Part shown: piece after piece, positions 11,226 through 24,885 of the stretch
Layout: each line of letters begins with the position of its first letter
Position numbering within the stretch: position 1 is the stretch's first letter
NCBI RefSeq assembly: GCF_006345805.1
Contig: NC_042997.1
Coordinates: 153,264,001 to 153,328,000, forward strand
Length of the DNA: 64,000 nucleotides
Source: Octopus sinensis
Lineage: Eukaryota
Direction: 5' to 3'
Made by a program: the position numbers and the translations under genes
Notes under the pieces: model-generated
Databases searched by the model: none
What the model was told of the DNA's origin: nothing
The model's input: only the letters and a program-made list of their open reading frames with translations

Positions 11226-14200
11226 TATAAAGACATTGTCATTGTCCTAACAATTTTTGTCTTTGTCTCTGAATGGTGAACTCAACACAAAATGTTTGAT
11301 TCCCTGAGAAGATTTGCAGGGTTAAACCATATAATAAAGTGAAAAACAGTTCCATGCTGTGTCTAATTTTATTATTAGAAACATCGTCTCATTTAATATT
11401 TGAATTGACTAGTGTAATGAGTATAATTAGATTTAGATAGAAGACCATTAACTTCCCAAGTAACTCTTTTATACGCTGATTTACGAAGTAGCTCATCCGA
11501 CTTCAGGACGCTCCTCGTTTATAAGAACAGGCTAAAAGACAATCTCAACTTCCGAGAAATATATTCTAGTGAATAGGAATCCTTAGAAAATAATAGGAAT
11601 TTGTTACCAGTTACTCGCTTTGCAGTAGTAATTCTGCTTATCGTCATATAAAATGGTTGACCTAAAAAAACGCGACATGGTTTCACTCCTGTAGAATGCA
11701 ATTACTTCTCTCCGGAAAACGGTTTTGTTGCACAAATTAAAGTGATGTTTTCTTTCGACACTTGTATGCATGGCAGGGGATGGAATTGTTACAATTACCT
11801 TGATAGCATTTGTATAGCATTTAGCTGTTTGAATCTGCACACGCATAATCATTCAATCAATTAAATCTGCGGAAATTAGTTACTGAAAGTCCATTCATCA
11901 TACATGAGGAATCATCTTTACATGCAGACATGTTGTTTAGGTTACTATTTCTAGTAGAATTGTTGCTTGTTATTTGTGTGCGAGTGTCCGTATGCATATG
12001 TATGCATGTGTAAATATACCATGAATGTATTCCTAAATTTGTCGCGTATATGGATGCGTGGTCGTGTGCATACGTGTATATAGCTGTTTAGCTATTGATG
12101 TATACTGTGCGGAGAGGAGATGTGTAGGATTCTGGATGTATATGTTTGTTAATTGTATGTGATTATGTGAGTAAAGGGACTATTAATTTGTGTGTGTGAG
12201 TGTGTGTGTGTGTGAATATGAGTGCTTGTGAATGTATGTCATGTGAGTGAATGAGGCTGTGTGAATGTTTATGTATTACGGTGTATATTTCGATATGTGA
12301 ATTCAGTATATGTTTGTGTGGATGTGTGTCTGTAAATGTGTCCATGTAACAATGAATGAATTTATATGTTTGGGTCTATGACTGATAAATACTAAAAAGT
12401 TCAAAAGTTATAAACTGGAATTAGTTCCAATAAATGTGAATGTAGAAAGAATAATCTTAAAACAATTTAAAATTCCAACTCGACCAGAGATTTTCAAAGA
12501 TTTATTTTAATCTAAAACGATCGATCAATATCGAAAAACAAAAAGATAACACAGGTATTTTTTAAAGTTTGACTCTATTTTGATCTTGTTGAAATCAATC
12601 AATAATAAATAAAAAATGGTTGTCTGAAGTATATCATTATTTCAGCTACTTTCTTTCTTACTTCACTAAGTCAGTAAAGTATTTTTTTTACTTGATTTTG
12701 TTTTTGCAAACGTGAAGTCAGAGGAGAGGGGGTAACCATATCAATCTCATGAGGTCTGATAGGTTGTCAGGATGTCTGATAGGACGTCTGGAGGTCTTCT
12801 CAGACTGGGGAGATTGATGTGCCGGATGGTCTAACCAGCAGACATGCAGGTTAATATATTCCTGAAACATATCAAGAAATACAAACAAACGAATATAACA
12901 GGGTGAATTCTGTTTAATGTACTCCAAGACCAAGTGGGATTTTAAAATATCCTTAGAACTATGAACTCATTTCAAATACACCGTCTGCCAACTCTTCTAG
13001 TTAGTATTTTCCCTCTTTTAATTAAAATTCTTTAATCTGTTTTGTCTTTTTTCTATAATCAGTGTAATAAATGCAAATTTCGAATTTGCTTTATATTAAT
13101 CAGTATATGAATGAATTAAAGTTGAATAATGATTTTGTAAAGAAAGATTTTAGATAACAAACACCTTAAACAAACTGGTATTTTCTTGCGTTGAAATCGC
13201 AGATAAAGCAATGGGTTAAATGGAATAAAAGGGTGAGTGGATGATGATGACAGAAATATACGTACAGATTCATCAAATTCACCTCAGGTGATTCTTCGTT
13301 TTGGACATAATCATTCAAATTTCTTCAGTTTACAGATCTTCACCATCGATCGTTTGTTTTCCGTAAAGATTTCTATCTACTTAATAATAAAGAAATTAGG
13401 TTAATTATATTGCTTTTGGTTTGATGCGCAACGTTTTATTAATTCTAAACATTTGTTCATACAACCAATCATGACACCCATCCATACATACATGCGTACA
13501 TATGTATCCATAGATACATAAATGCATACCTACGTACATACATAAATGTGTGCATGCATACTTGCATAAATGCATGTATGTATAAATATGTACGTACATA
13601 TGTAGGTAACCAAACGTACAGAAAGAAAAAAAACGAAAGGAAGGAAGGAAGGAAGGAAGGAAGGAATACTTTACTAAATTCAACTGTACAGTATACAGAC
13701 ATCAGCTCCATAAAGTTCACAAATATCGAAAAATCATTGCATAAGGCACCAGAAATAGTGGTTTGGGAATTTAATATTCAAAGGTGTGCTACTAAAATGG
13801 TATGTTTAATAAAACTATGGAAGGCAACATTGGGTTACTCAATTAGTTTCCCATAGCATGGAGAAATCTTGTAGGCAAAAATGAAAACATTGATTTGGCA
13901 GGGGGCAATATTCAGTATGTATGCACTTCGCAAAAACCGTTAAACCCTATTCTTATCGGACCATTCAGAATCCAGCAAGGTTGAAACTGGTACGCTTGTA
14001 GAATGAAAGAAAGAAATATAGATATACCGAACGACATTTAGTATGTCTTCTTGTCTTCGCACGTAAAACAGTAAAGAAAAAGAAGAAACAGAAACCTTAT
14101 AAAGGTATGACATCTCAAAAAAGTATTTGATACTCTTTGTGCGGGAATCGCTGCATTTGGCAATGATTTTGCATAGAAAGATTTTGGATAATTGTTGTTA

Positions 14201-15102
14201 TCTTAATATTTAAGTTCAATTATCCCCGTATTTCTAATTCATAACAATGATTTAGTCTTATGTCAGAAATCTTTCGAAAGGAAAATTCCGAACAGACAGT
14301 TCTATATATATTTTGGCTTTAAGTCTACTGTCATTTCTTTTACAAAGATCCAACTCTTACAGGTTAAGGTCTACAAAAGCAAAACGTCGTGAAGGCTAAC
14401 CATAATTTCTTTGTTGACTATGTAAATAACTACACTGCAAACATTTACAATGCTGAGAAAGAGCTGGAATTAATAACAGCATTTTCAGCTCATATAGAGA
14501 TAAGATTTTCCCGAGAAAATATTCACAAGTAATACTTGAACGTGAGAAAAAATATTTTCTGAGAGAAAAAGCTTTAACATCAATGACCTCTGCCTTATCA
14601 GGAGCTCTACAAATAGCAAGGTACTGAAACAGTTTATGTTGCAAAGATGCTGCGAACAAAGAGTGACCAAAAAATATTGTCAGACTTGAGAAATATAGTA
14701 AACAGGGCTTTCCTCATACAGCATGGCAATATACCACAATATATTTGTAGTACTTATTTACGTTATAGAGGAAATCCAGTCAACAGTTAGTGATAATCTG
14801 ACATTAAGTGAAAGTTTCTAGAGAAATTGGGATATCCATATATATTTCATTGCAGAAGAAACAACGAGAGAAGAGATTTTAAAGTCTGTTCAGACAGCAT
14901 TTAAGTGATATCACTCACAAATCATCAGCTAAACAACAACAGCTGAATCAAATAACTCGACCAAATGCTCAAAAACGAAAGGAGTGCAGTCATTACCCAA
15001 TGAAATTGTGATATCTAAATTACTGGGCGAAAATTACCTCGACATAGACCGGGAGGAGAAAGACCCTTTTATATCAACGAATATCTTTTATTCTCTTTCG
15101 AG

Positions 15103-15170
15103 ACTATGTTGCCTAAAAATTTAAGACTATGTTGCCTAAAATTTAAGACTATGTTGCCTAAAAATTTAAG
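15103..15170. repeat. About 23-bp minisatellite, 3 copies
   Basis: gactatgttgcctaaaa(a)tttaa repeated. Confidence 0.9.
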
Positions 15171-15239
15171 AGTCTTCGACTCTTGACCAACACTCGTCGT
15201 ACAATTCAAGCAAGAGATAATTTTTACACACACTTATTC

Positions 15240-15670
15240 TTTTACTTTTTAACTTGTTTCAGTCATTTGACTGCGGCCATGCTGGAGCACCGCCTTTAGT
15301 CGAGCAAATCGACTTCAGGACTTATTCTTTGTAAGCCTAGTACTTATTCTATCAGTCTCTTTTGCCGAACCGCTAAGTTACAGGGACGTAAACACACCAG
15401 CATCGGTTGTCAAGCGATGTTGTGGAGACAAACGTACACACAAACATATACACACACACGCATACATACACACGCATATATATATATAGATAGATATACA
15501 TATATACGACGGGCTTCTTTTCAGTTTCCGTCCACCAAACCCACTCACAAGGCTTTGGTCGGCCCGAGGCTATAGTAGAAGACACTTGATCAAGGTGCCA
15601 CGCAGTGGGACTGAACTCGGAACCATGTGGTTGGTAAGCAATCCACTTACCACACAGCCACTCCTGCGCC
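15240..15670 (-). mobile_element. tRNA-derived SINE family B with internal microsatellite
   Basis: Reverse complement of ggagtggctgtgtggtaag...ggttccgagttcagtccc...ttagcggttcggcaaaagag...cagtcaaatgactgaaacaag. Confidence 0.9.
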
Positions 15671-16363
15671 TATATACTTATTCAAGGAAATAAACAGTAT
15701 CGCCGCAAATGTCTCTTATGTCACATATCAGTGGAAGACGTGACACAAGATCAATGCTTGCTCTAAAACATCAAGTTACCTTGATGTCATTGTTAAAACA
15801 ATTGTTTTAGTTAATGCCTATCATCAGAATAAAGGGCTGCGTCGGGACAGATATAACGAGGTATTTTTGGATTTGAATATATTGACCTTTCAAAGCAAAT
15901 AATGATGAGTGAAGCACTGAATCGAACTTCATTAAAATCCTTGATACAAATATGCAGGAAAGAGATTTTAAAAAACTGCGCATTTCATACAGATCATAAG
16001 CGCAGATGTGAACATTTCATTGGAAATTGCATAAAAAGAGAACGTATACAGTCAGCTACTTAGAAGACTACAACCACGCCTCCTAGAGTATTATTTATCA
16101 TTTGTTTCCATGATCATTGGCGTCATTAGCTATGTTACTAAGCAATTAAATAATAATTTAGTTAAAGTGGGAGTTTCAGACAAATACAGTGTGTAAATGC
16201 AGCAGTGAAAATACGAAACATTATTGAAATTCAAAATATAATTCTAAAATTTTATTGTTATATATCATTTTAATGATGGTTTCTTGTATCATTGCGAGGA
16301 GCTAGTCTCCTTTTTAAAGTAAGAATTGAGAAAGACGTCAATATACTTAAATACACACACATA

Positions 16364-16410
<47 letters not shown>

Positions 16411-16497
16411 AGGTACACACACTTGTACGTCAGTATGAATGCATATATGTGTGTGAGTGTGCTTTGCAGAACACACGGTATCAATAAAACTCAGCAC

Positions 16498-16664
16498 CAG
16501 GAGTGGCTGTGTGGTAAGTAGCTTGCTAACCAACCACATGGTTCCGGGTTCAGTCCCACTGCGTGGCATCTTGGGTAAGTGTCTTCTGCTATAGCTCCGG
16601 GCCGACCAATGCCTTGTAAGTGGATTTGGCAGACGGAAACTGAAAGAAGCCTGTCGTATATATG

Positions 16665-16730
<66 letters not shown>

Positions 16731-16895
16731 CGTGTGTCTGTGTTTGTCCCCCTAGCATTGCTTGACAATGTGTGTTTACGTCCCCGTCAATTAGCGGTTC
16801 GGCAAAAAGAGATCGATAGAATAAGTACTGGGGTCGATTTGCTCGACTAAAGGCGGTGCTCCAGCATGGCTGCAGTCAAATGACTGAAACAAAAG
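16498..16895 (+). mobile_element. SINE family B
   Basis: Same sequence as 15240-15670 and 62126-62525. Confidence 0.9.
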
Positions 16896-17899
16896 AAAAG
16901 AAAAAAAATATATATATATATATATATTATTATTATTATTATTATTATTATTACTTTTAACCGGCAGAAAGTTACTTAAGTTATGTTCCCAGTTTCATGT
17001 ATGGCACTTTCATAAGTGACATGCACGTAACTGTCAGACTTTGAATCACCTTTGTAAATTTCAGTAAAGCAAAATTAATATATACATACATATACATGCA
17101 AATTCATACATATAGATATAGTCATATATGTATATACACCCTTATTCTGTTTGCAGTGTTTTATATTTTCGTACATCTGTTCCTCTCCTTCCCCTCCCTT
17201 TCACCCTCTCTCTTTCTCTTTCTTTCTCTTCCTCTTCTCCTCCCCTTTATATTTCTGCCCTGCTATCTGTTCCTGTCATTTGCTTCCACCACTGTATGTC
17301 TCTCTCGGCCCGCTACCTACTTTCTCCTTCTTACTATGGACACGTGACTCGCAGTCATCTTTTATTCTCTTTCTCTTTTCCTTTTCACAAAGACAGACGA
17401 AGCGACTAATCGTATTTTCTCTAGTCTCTCACTTTCAACCCGTTTCACTGACTATTTGTTGTCTTTCTGTTTCTAATCCTTTAGGACATACCTCCTGACG
17501 TTAACTGTATTTCTGTATCTTGCTTGGCCCTAAAGCCATATTCTGTTCATTGATTTCAGTTTGTTAGTATGTCCACATTTCGTCTTTGTCCCACGTCCGT
17601 CCACTAATGATCTAAACTTATGCATGAGTGTGTGTGTGTGTGTTTGTTAGAGGAAAAGGATAACAAGAAAACTAACCAGAGCGAGTATCTCAAGTAATTT
17701 AAAATAATTTAGGATAAGGTATATTTGAAGTCTTACAGCTGTTTATGGGATATCTCAGAGTTTTTGAGATGGAATGGGTATGTCCTTGTGTGATACGCCG
17801 AGGAATTGTTTGTCCATATGGAGCGCTACCTATATTAAGTGCTCCCATGAGCAATGATAACGAATATGAGGGGCTTAGTTCTAAACTGGCGAGCTAAAC

Positions 17900-17962
<63 letters not shown>

Positions 17963-18558
17963 GAAGGGTGAAATTTATTAATTAGATTAATTAAATAATT
18001 AATCAATTAATTCACAATTTTACCAAGTAGATCGGTACGTTAAAATAACCTTAATAGTTAAAATTATCCACATATAGCTGAACCCTAATTATAATTATAT
18101 ATATTGAGAGAGAGAGAGAGAGAAAGAGAGAGCTAATAGTGGGAGATTGCCAATCCGGGAAAAATACTTCATAAGTTCTCTTTTTGGCACACCAGGCTAA
18201 CAGTATTATTTAAATTAGTGAAGAACTCCATGTATTCTTATGACAGGGTCCAAGATTATGGTTCATCACAATTCTATATAAATTCTGTAATGGGTGAGCT
18301 CCAAACAAACTGGTTTTTAAACAGAGTGATATATAAAAAAGCCAGTTAAAAATAATGATCATAATATATTTTTCTTTTGTTCGAGCAAAATTGGCTTGCA
18401 GCTGTTTCCAGTGATTATACAGATACATTACTGATAGATTTACTCAAATGGTTACAACCAGAAGTGGCTCTGATAAAAGTAGCATTACTTTTCTTAAGTC
18501 GTTCAATTTTTCTCAATTGATCATTAGACCAACTGGATAAACCTGTCAGTAATGTGTG

Positions 18559-18607
<49 letters not shown>

Positions 18608-18891
18608 TTACTGACAGGTTTATATATATATATATATATACATATAATTGAAAAATAGGATAAAATCATAAGAATTTATCAATAGTTATATATATATATC
18701 TTTCATCTTTTATTTATATCAATATCACACTGGGCATCGTCATGATTTTATTTTAAAGTCTTGTACTCATTTTATTGATATTTTTAATCTAACTGCTAAG
18801 TACCGGGATGTAAACAAACCAATACTGTCAAGCAGTGGTGGGGACAAACACAAGGACACATACATACACATGCATACACACACACACACAC

Positions 18892-18963
<72 letters not shown>

Positions 18964-19039
18964 TAAAGAGACTTGTTGAATAATGCCAGACCAATACGAG
19001 GATGTATAGAGAAAACTACAAAGCTGTAGTTTTACCTTA

Positions 19040-19500
19040 TATTTCTATATTTAGGGACTACAACCACTTCTGCAGGACATGTGAAAAGCGAGTGATGGGA
19101 AAGTTTGTTGCTCAGACGCTTGGAGGAGGAAAGTGACATGTGCAGATTGGTATTGTTATAGGTAGGAACCTGTCAACTTCACATAGTCCCTTTTTTGCTG
19201 ATTATGATTGGTTGCAATTAGTTGATAAGGTGGGTCTCCATAATTCTGATATTAATTCTGTTGCGTTGAGTGGTCCCAAGGAATACCTGGAAATCATGGT
19301 TCTGACACTTCATTAGAGGTGTTTTGATTGAAGTGTTTGTGCACATTTTCGAACGTGCAGTTTCCTAGTGGTGCTCCCTATGTAGAATGCCCTACATTTA
19401 TTATAGATTACTTTGTATACCACATAGACACTCGAACAAGTTATGACGTCGTCGATGAGGCAATTGCCCCACGAAGTTACCTGTGGCATTATTCCATCTT
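19040..19500 (-). mobile_element. Penelope-like element 3' remnant (GIY-YIG endonuclease)
   Basis: Minus-strand frame ITCSSVYVVYKVIYNKCRAFYIGSTTRKLHVR (GIY-YIG pattern VVY-x10-YIG-x-T-x-R), followed after frameshifts by INIRIMETHLIN*LQP. Confidence 0.75.
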
Positions 19501-19626
19501 GAGGAAATTAGAAATACAAGAAAAAACTACGAATTTTGTTTACTTTTCTTTTTAGTTGTTTTCACTATATTATTCTACGAGTCTCCTGGTTGAAATATCG
19601 CACAATGCTTCACAGAAACTATTCCA

Positions 19627-19659
<33 letters not shown>

Positions 19660-19667
<8 letters not shown>

Positions 19668-20726
19668 AAAACTGAGAATGTGTGTAAGACTGTCTGTCTG
19701 TGTGTTTCCCTACAACTTGAGAACTACATAACCAATTTCATTCAAATTTTACACATGCCTTAGTTAGGGTCCGGGGAGTGTCATCAGGAAAAGAATTTTA
19801 CTTTTTGCCTCGGGCGACCCCACAGCAATATCATATCTTCTCCACTACGATTCTCTAAAACTTGAGAACTACACAACCAATTTCATTCAAATTTTACCCA
19901 TGCTTTACTTAGGGTCCATGTAGTTTCATCGGCAAAAAAATGTTCAACTTCTTGCCTAGGGCGAGCCCATAGCAATATCATATCCTCCACTATTTCAGTA
20001 TTACATGTTAAAAATGAAACAAAAACATTTCTCTATTTTATGTCAGATATTTCACTTTAACAATAAAAATAATAATAACAATTGAATTATATGTAGTAAG
20101 TAATAATTAAAATCAAACTAAAGTATAATATAATCGTAACATAAAAAAAGTAAAAATAGCAATTGGTATAAAATTGCATCAATGACTTGAACTTGAATAA
20201 GTGGTTTCACATGAATGGGAATAAATTAAAAATAAAATTAGTGTGCGGGAATGGAATAGTCCAGATGGATAATAAAAAATTAATAAAAGAAAGGACTATT
20301 GTCTATAAAGTATACAATGTAGAGAAAAAAGAAGATTTGAACACCTGGAGGAAAGCACCTTCGAAAAGTGTCTTGGTGCGACTATGAAAGATATCTAACA
20401 AGAGGCGGTAAATTCCGTGCAAGGGAGCGTGCAAGGGAGTACTCGACTCGAACTTGCAAAGTGGAAATATTTTATTTTTACCTTTATATCTGGGACGTAG
20501 GACGTCCCGGATAAAAATCAAAAATGCCCCATCCCCCCAGAAGTAGAGGTAGGCTGGATTGTAGCCACACTTCTATACAAGAGGGAGGACAAGATACAAT
20601 TGATCGAAATTGCCAGAGATGGGCTAACAATTCCAGTCTGTTATATATTTTGAGTATTGTTATCACTAGCGATATCAAGATATAACTTTGTATTTTCTAT
20701 TTTATGTGTAGATGTATATATATATA

Positions 20727-20759
<33 letters not shown>

Positions 20760-20845
20760 GATGTACATGTAATATGTACATATATATATATACGCATATA
20801 TACATGCACTAGCACTATGACCGGCAACGACGGGTCATAATGCTA

Positions 20846-20846
<1 letters not shown>
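19660..20846 (+). mobile_element. Composite non-autonomous Helitron-like element
   Basis: Starts tataaaactgagaatg in a TA tract. Internal 145-bp duplication (cttgagaactaca at 19716 and 19861). Ends in hairpin atgacc-ggcaacgac-gggtcat plus aatgCTAG|T at 20846. Whether it is one element is inferred. Confidence 0.45.
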
Positions 20847-20892
<46 letters not shown>

Positions 20893-22129
20893 CATACATG
20901 TTTTGTTGTAGGGTGTACAGTCTTAAAATCATGTAAATAATAATAAAGGTATTTATATAAGATTAAAATTTATGTAAATATTATTAATATATACATATAT
21001 ATGGGGGGGGGGGAATAAGTCGGACTGCCATACAGTTTTGTTCAATTAAATTCACCCTCAATTCATTGGTCGGTCCGGAGACTGAACCCTGCCCGTGCGG
21101 TAGGACTGAACCCAAAATCAGCAGTTGCAAAGCAAGAAAATTAAACCACACACCCATTCTTGCGCCAAAAATTACTTAGCAGCAGGAATAGTGAAAGCAT
21201 GAGAATGAGAGTGCATGAATTCAAGTAAGAGTTATTGTATGCCACCAGTATTTATTGTATGACGTTAATGTTTAAACCATTGCTGTATACATTGTCACTA
21301 TATTTAAAACAAACTGCATTAATTGCGTGTTATGCATTATTTTAAAGGAAGACTCAGTTTGCAACCAAAACTTCTAATTCAGGAAATATCTGAATAATGG
21401 TGAAGTCGTAGCTTGGAGATACGTTTAAATCGGAATTAATTTTCTACAAGTATTTGTAAGTGATTTAGTTTATCGATAATTATCTCAACCAGAGAATAGC
21501 TTTCTATTCGATTAAACAAAGTTGCTTACCTATCATTGCACCATCTTCGTACCAGCATGATATGTAATTTCCTAATGAAGCTCGAAAAATAAACCGGAAA
21601 GGCGATTATAGAACAACGAGGAAGTTTTACAATCGTATTTTTTCCCTGGTAGACTACAGATTATAGTTAAGGTATACTTAGAAAGTCTAACTTACATACG
21701 AATCTTTACTGATCACCTTGTAAACAGAAACCATATAAATCTAATATGGTAAGCATACCATATGTCACAAATTATCTACGTTAATACTGTATTATTTCCG
21801 TTGGATTTCTGTAATAAGTCAACTTGCAAGAGACTTGAGATTATTATCACAATCAAACATGCATTGCAATCTACTTATATATAATATCTTGTTTATTTAA
21901 AAGACTTTAAGAGTATAAAAAATTAACGTTGAGCTGAGTAATACCGGAAACATATTACGAGCACTTACAAACACATTTAGGTTTACTTCACTCATACAAT
22001 ACATAGAAACACTGAAAATATGTATGCGTGTGTGTGTTTGTACACATCTGTATGTTTGTATGGATGTATATGAATGGCGTGATGCTGCGAATTTTGTCAG
22101 CGAGGAAATCTTTTCATGGGTATGTTGTG

Positions 22130-23182
22130 TTAAAAATACAATATATATACAGCCTAAAGGAAGCACCCAAAATCTCTCCAATCTGAACTTCCACAAAGCA
22201 GACTGGAAATCGATCCAAAAAGAGATCCTCAGATAGGACTGGTCGAAATGTCTCTCCACACCAGACATTGGCATAAAACTAGAATATTTCATATCTGTTA
22301 TGCAAACCACATGCCAGGAATACAGGAACGACATTCCAAGGGAGAGGAAGGTCCTCATGAGACAACGAACAAAGGTTAGAAATCGCTTCACCCAACATTC
22401 TGAAAGTACTGAAAGGTCCCGCCCCAAAACAATACTGATGGCGATTGAAAAAAGCCTGCAATAATGCTATGCGAGGGAGAGAGCAGACAAAGAAGCCTGG
22501 GTTATAGAAAGCATTAAGTGGAACTCAAAGGCCTTTTTTCATTATGCCAAAGAAACAACCTCAGTACGCTGCAAAATAGGACCCCTCTTCCAAAAAGATG
22601 GCTCCCTCATAAATAGTTCAACTAAGATCAGTGAGGTACCGAATGACCAGTTCAAAAGTGTCTCTAACACTCAGGTAGAACACAGACAAGTGAACGAACC
22701 AGTGGATTTCTTTGCTGCCTCACCTATAACCAGCGAGGCAATTACTATGGATTACATCGACATTAGCGAAAAACATATATTACTAGCCATAGATGAAGTA
22801 GACACAAACTCGACTGCTGGTCCTGATGGTTTCCCAGCAATCCTCTTCTAATCGTGTAAGCGTGCCCTGACGAAACCCCTACAAATTCTCTTTCAGAGCT
22901 TTCTCGAAAATGGCAGGCCGCCAAGCAAACTGAAGGAGGAAATAATATGCCCAATCTGTAAAGGAGGAAGCAGAGCAATAGGCCTATCTCTCTGACTTCA
23001 CACATCAGCAAAGTCATAGAACGGATAGTCAGAGGTAAACTCATCGCATTCTTTGAAGAAAATAACTTGCTGAATGATTCCCAGTATGGCTTTTGACCAG
23101 GTAGGAGCTGACGGACCTAGTTCTTACAGCACTATGACTGGGTGTTGAGGCAGTTACTCAACAACTCAAATGTGGACGTAAT
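22130..23182 (+). mobile_element. Decayed CR1-like LINE (linker plus RT N-terminal part)
   Basis: [64 protein letters not shown]; multiple stops and frameshifts. Confidence 0.85.
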
Positions 23183-23278
23183 TCTTTTGGGCTATCCGAG
23201 CATGAATGCCTCAATAGGAAAGCAAACAACATTGTGCTAGCCTGGTACGCGATGATGTCTCTCTTTATGTATATATAT

Positions 23279-23361
23279 TTTTCCCCTGACGAAGGAGGTA
23301 TTATCTGGATGCACCCTAGTGCTTTAAACATAATACACCCCTGAAATGGCCATAGGGATAA
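23279..23361 (+). ncRNA. Type-I hammerhead ribozyme with long stem II
   Basis: TTTTCCC-CTGACGA(23286)-AGGAGGTATTAT...ATAATACACCCCT-GAAA-TGGCCA-T-A-GGGATAA. Intact core, palindromic stem III, AUA triplet. Confidence 0.8.
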
Positions 23362-23490
23362 GTAAATATGGTTTCCTTTTTAACTATAAGGCTTCTCTTA
23401 CTTGAATAATAATTTCGTAAGATTTCTAAACGATGAACTTTTATTTTATTTACATGATATATATTATATATTTTTATATGCTCCTTATAT

Positions 23491-23534
<44 letters not shown>

Positions 23535-23955
23535 ATATATTATATATTTTATATACCTATATATATTTTATATATTACTTTATATTATATTTTTACTTTC
23601 TAGATATTGTAATGTTTTTTTTTAAATGTATTTTTCTGAATCGCTAAAGTACTAACTCTAAACTGTGATGAAAAAAAAAATGAAAAAAATTGTTCTCGCT
23701 CATTATTATTATTATTATTATTATCATTATATGCTTGTATGCTTGTACAGATGAATTATGTTCCATCTTGTGGGATGTTTATATGTATATTCTATGATTA
23801 AATGTTCGAATTATGAAATGCTATGCGGATGACCTTGCATTTGTTTGTTCAATAACTTTAGTTTGATATTTTTGTCTCTTTCAATAGAGCACTTCTATAG
23901 CAGTCCTATTAATCTTTTTGTTCCTGACAAGAAACAATCACTGTATTATTGATAT

Positions 23956-23993
<38 letters not shown>

Positions 23994-24699
23994 GTATATA
24001 TGAGCGTGTGCCTGCGTGAAATTTATTTAGAATCTGTTTCAACAGATAACAATGTTTAAATTCAACACAGCGTTGGCTGTGAAGTATTGCTGCACTGTTA
24101 GAATAAATGTCTAACAGTAATTAACTTCGTTCATTTACTTTGTGGCTTCAAATCCCGTTAGAGTCAAAATTGTGTGAATAAAATAATTTTAATAATTATA
24201 TTGAAGCCGATATCTTTTCAAAGATTTTTTCCCTTTCAAATTTGCAGTTACCTGCTAAAGTCAAAAATAATATTTACGTATAGGCAGGAGTGGTGCAGAT
24301 GATATATATGATTCCATTAATCACATTCATTGGTTCAGGATCACTTTTTAGCTATAGGCTATTTTTTGCTGTATTTTTACGTGGAATATGTATTTTAGTT
24401 AACTGAAGCATGTATTATATATATTTTCTTATATAGTGTTTTATGCGCAGCATGGATACAAACCCTTGTTTTTTCAATACGAGTAAAAATAATGGAATAT
24501 TTTCTGATGAACTTTAAGGAACCGTGAAAAGCTGGAATCATGATTTTTATAACTTTCACTTGGAATCTTCCTACATAAAATTTACAAAAATAAAAGAACT
24601 GCGAAACATTGAAGGAGAAGACAAAGTCAAAAGATTAAATGAGAAGGCAAAGCTAAAAGAAAGCAGCTAAAAAAGATCGATCCAGTGCGATACATACTT

Positions 24700-24885
24700 A
24701 CATACATACATACTTACATAATGGGCTCGCAGACAGCTTCCGTTCAACCAGTCTCTCTCACATGGTATTGATTGGCCCGGGGTTATAGTAGAAGACACTC
24801 ACTGAAGGTGTCTTACAGTATGAGTGAATCTGAAACCCCGTCGTTGTAAGCGAACTCCTCAACCATATAGCCATACTCTTGCCTG
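24700..24885 (-). mobile_element. Degenerate 5' half of SINE family B (a similar remnant lies at about 21020-21165)
   Basis: ttggcccggggttatagtagaagacact and aaccatatagccatactcttgcct. Confidence 0.65.

Noticed and set aside
14000-16130. Coding-like composition suggesting a decayed transposase or gene
   Set aside because: I could not identify any family motif, and all frames have frequent stops.
24498-24545. CTGATGA-ac..gt-GAAA-agct
   Set aside because: No U16.1/NUH site and only a 2-bp stem II.
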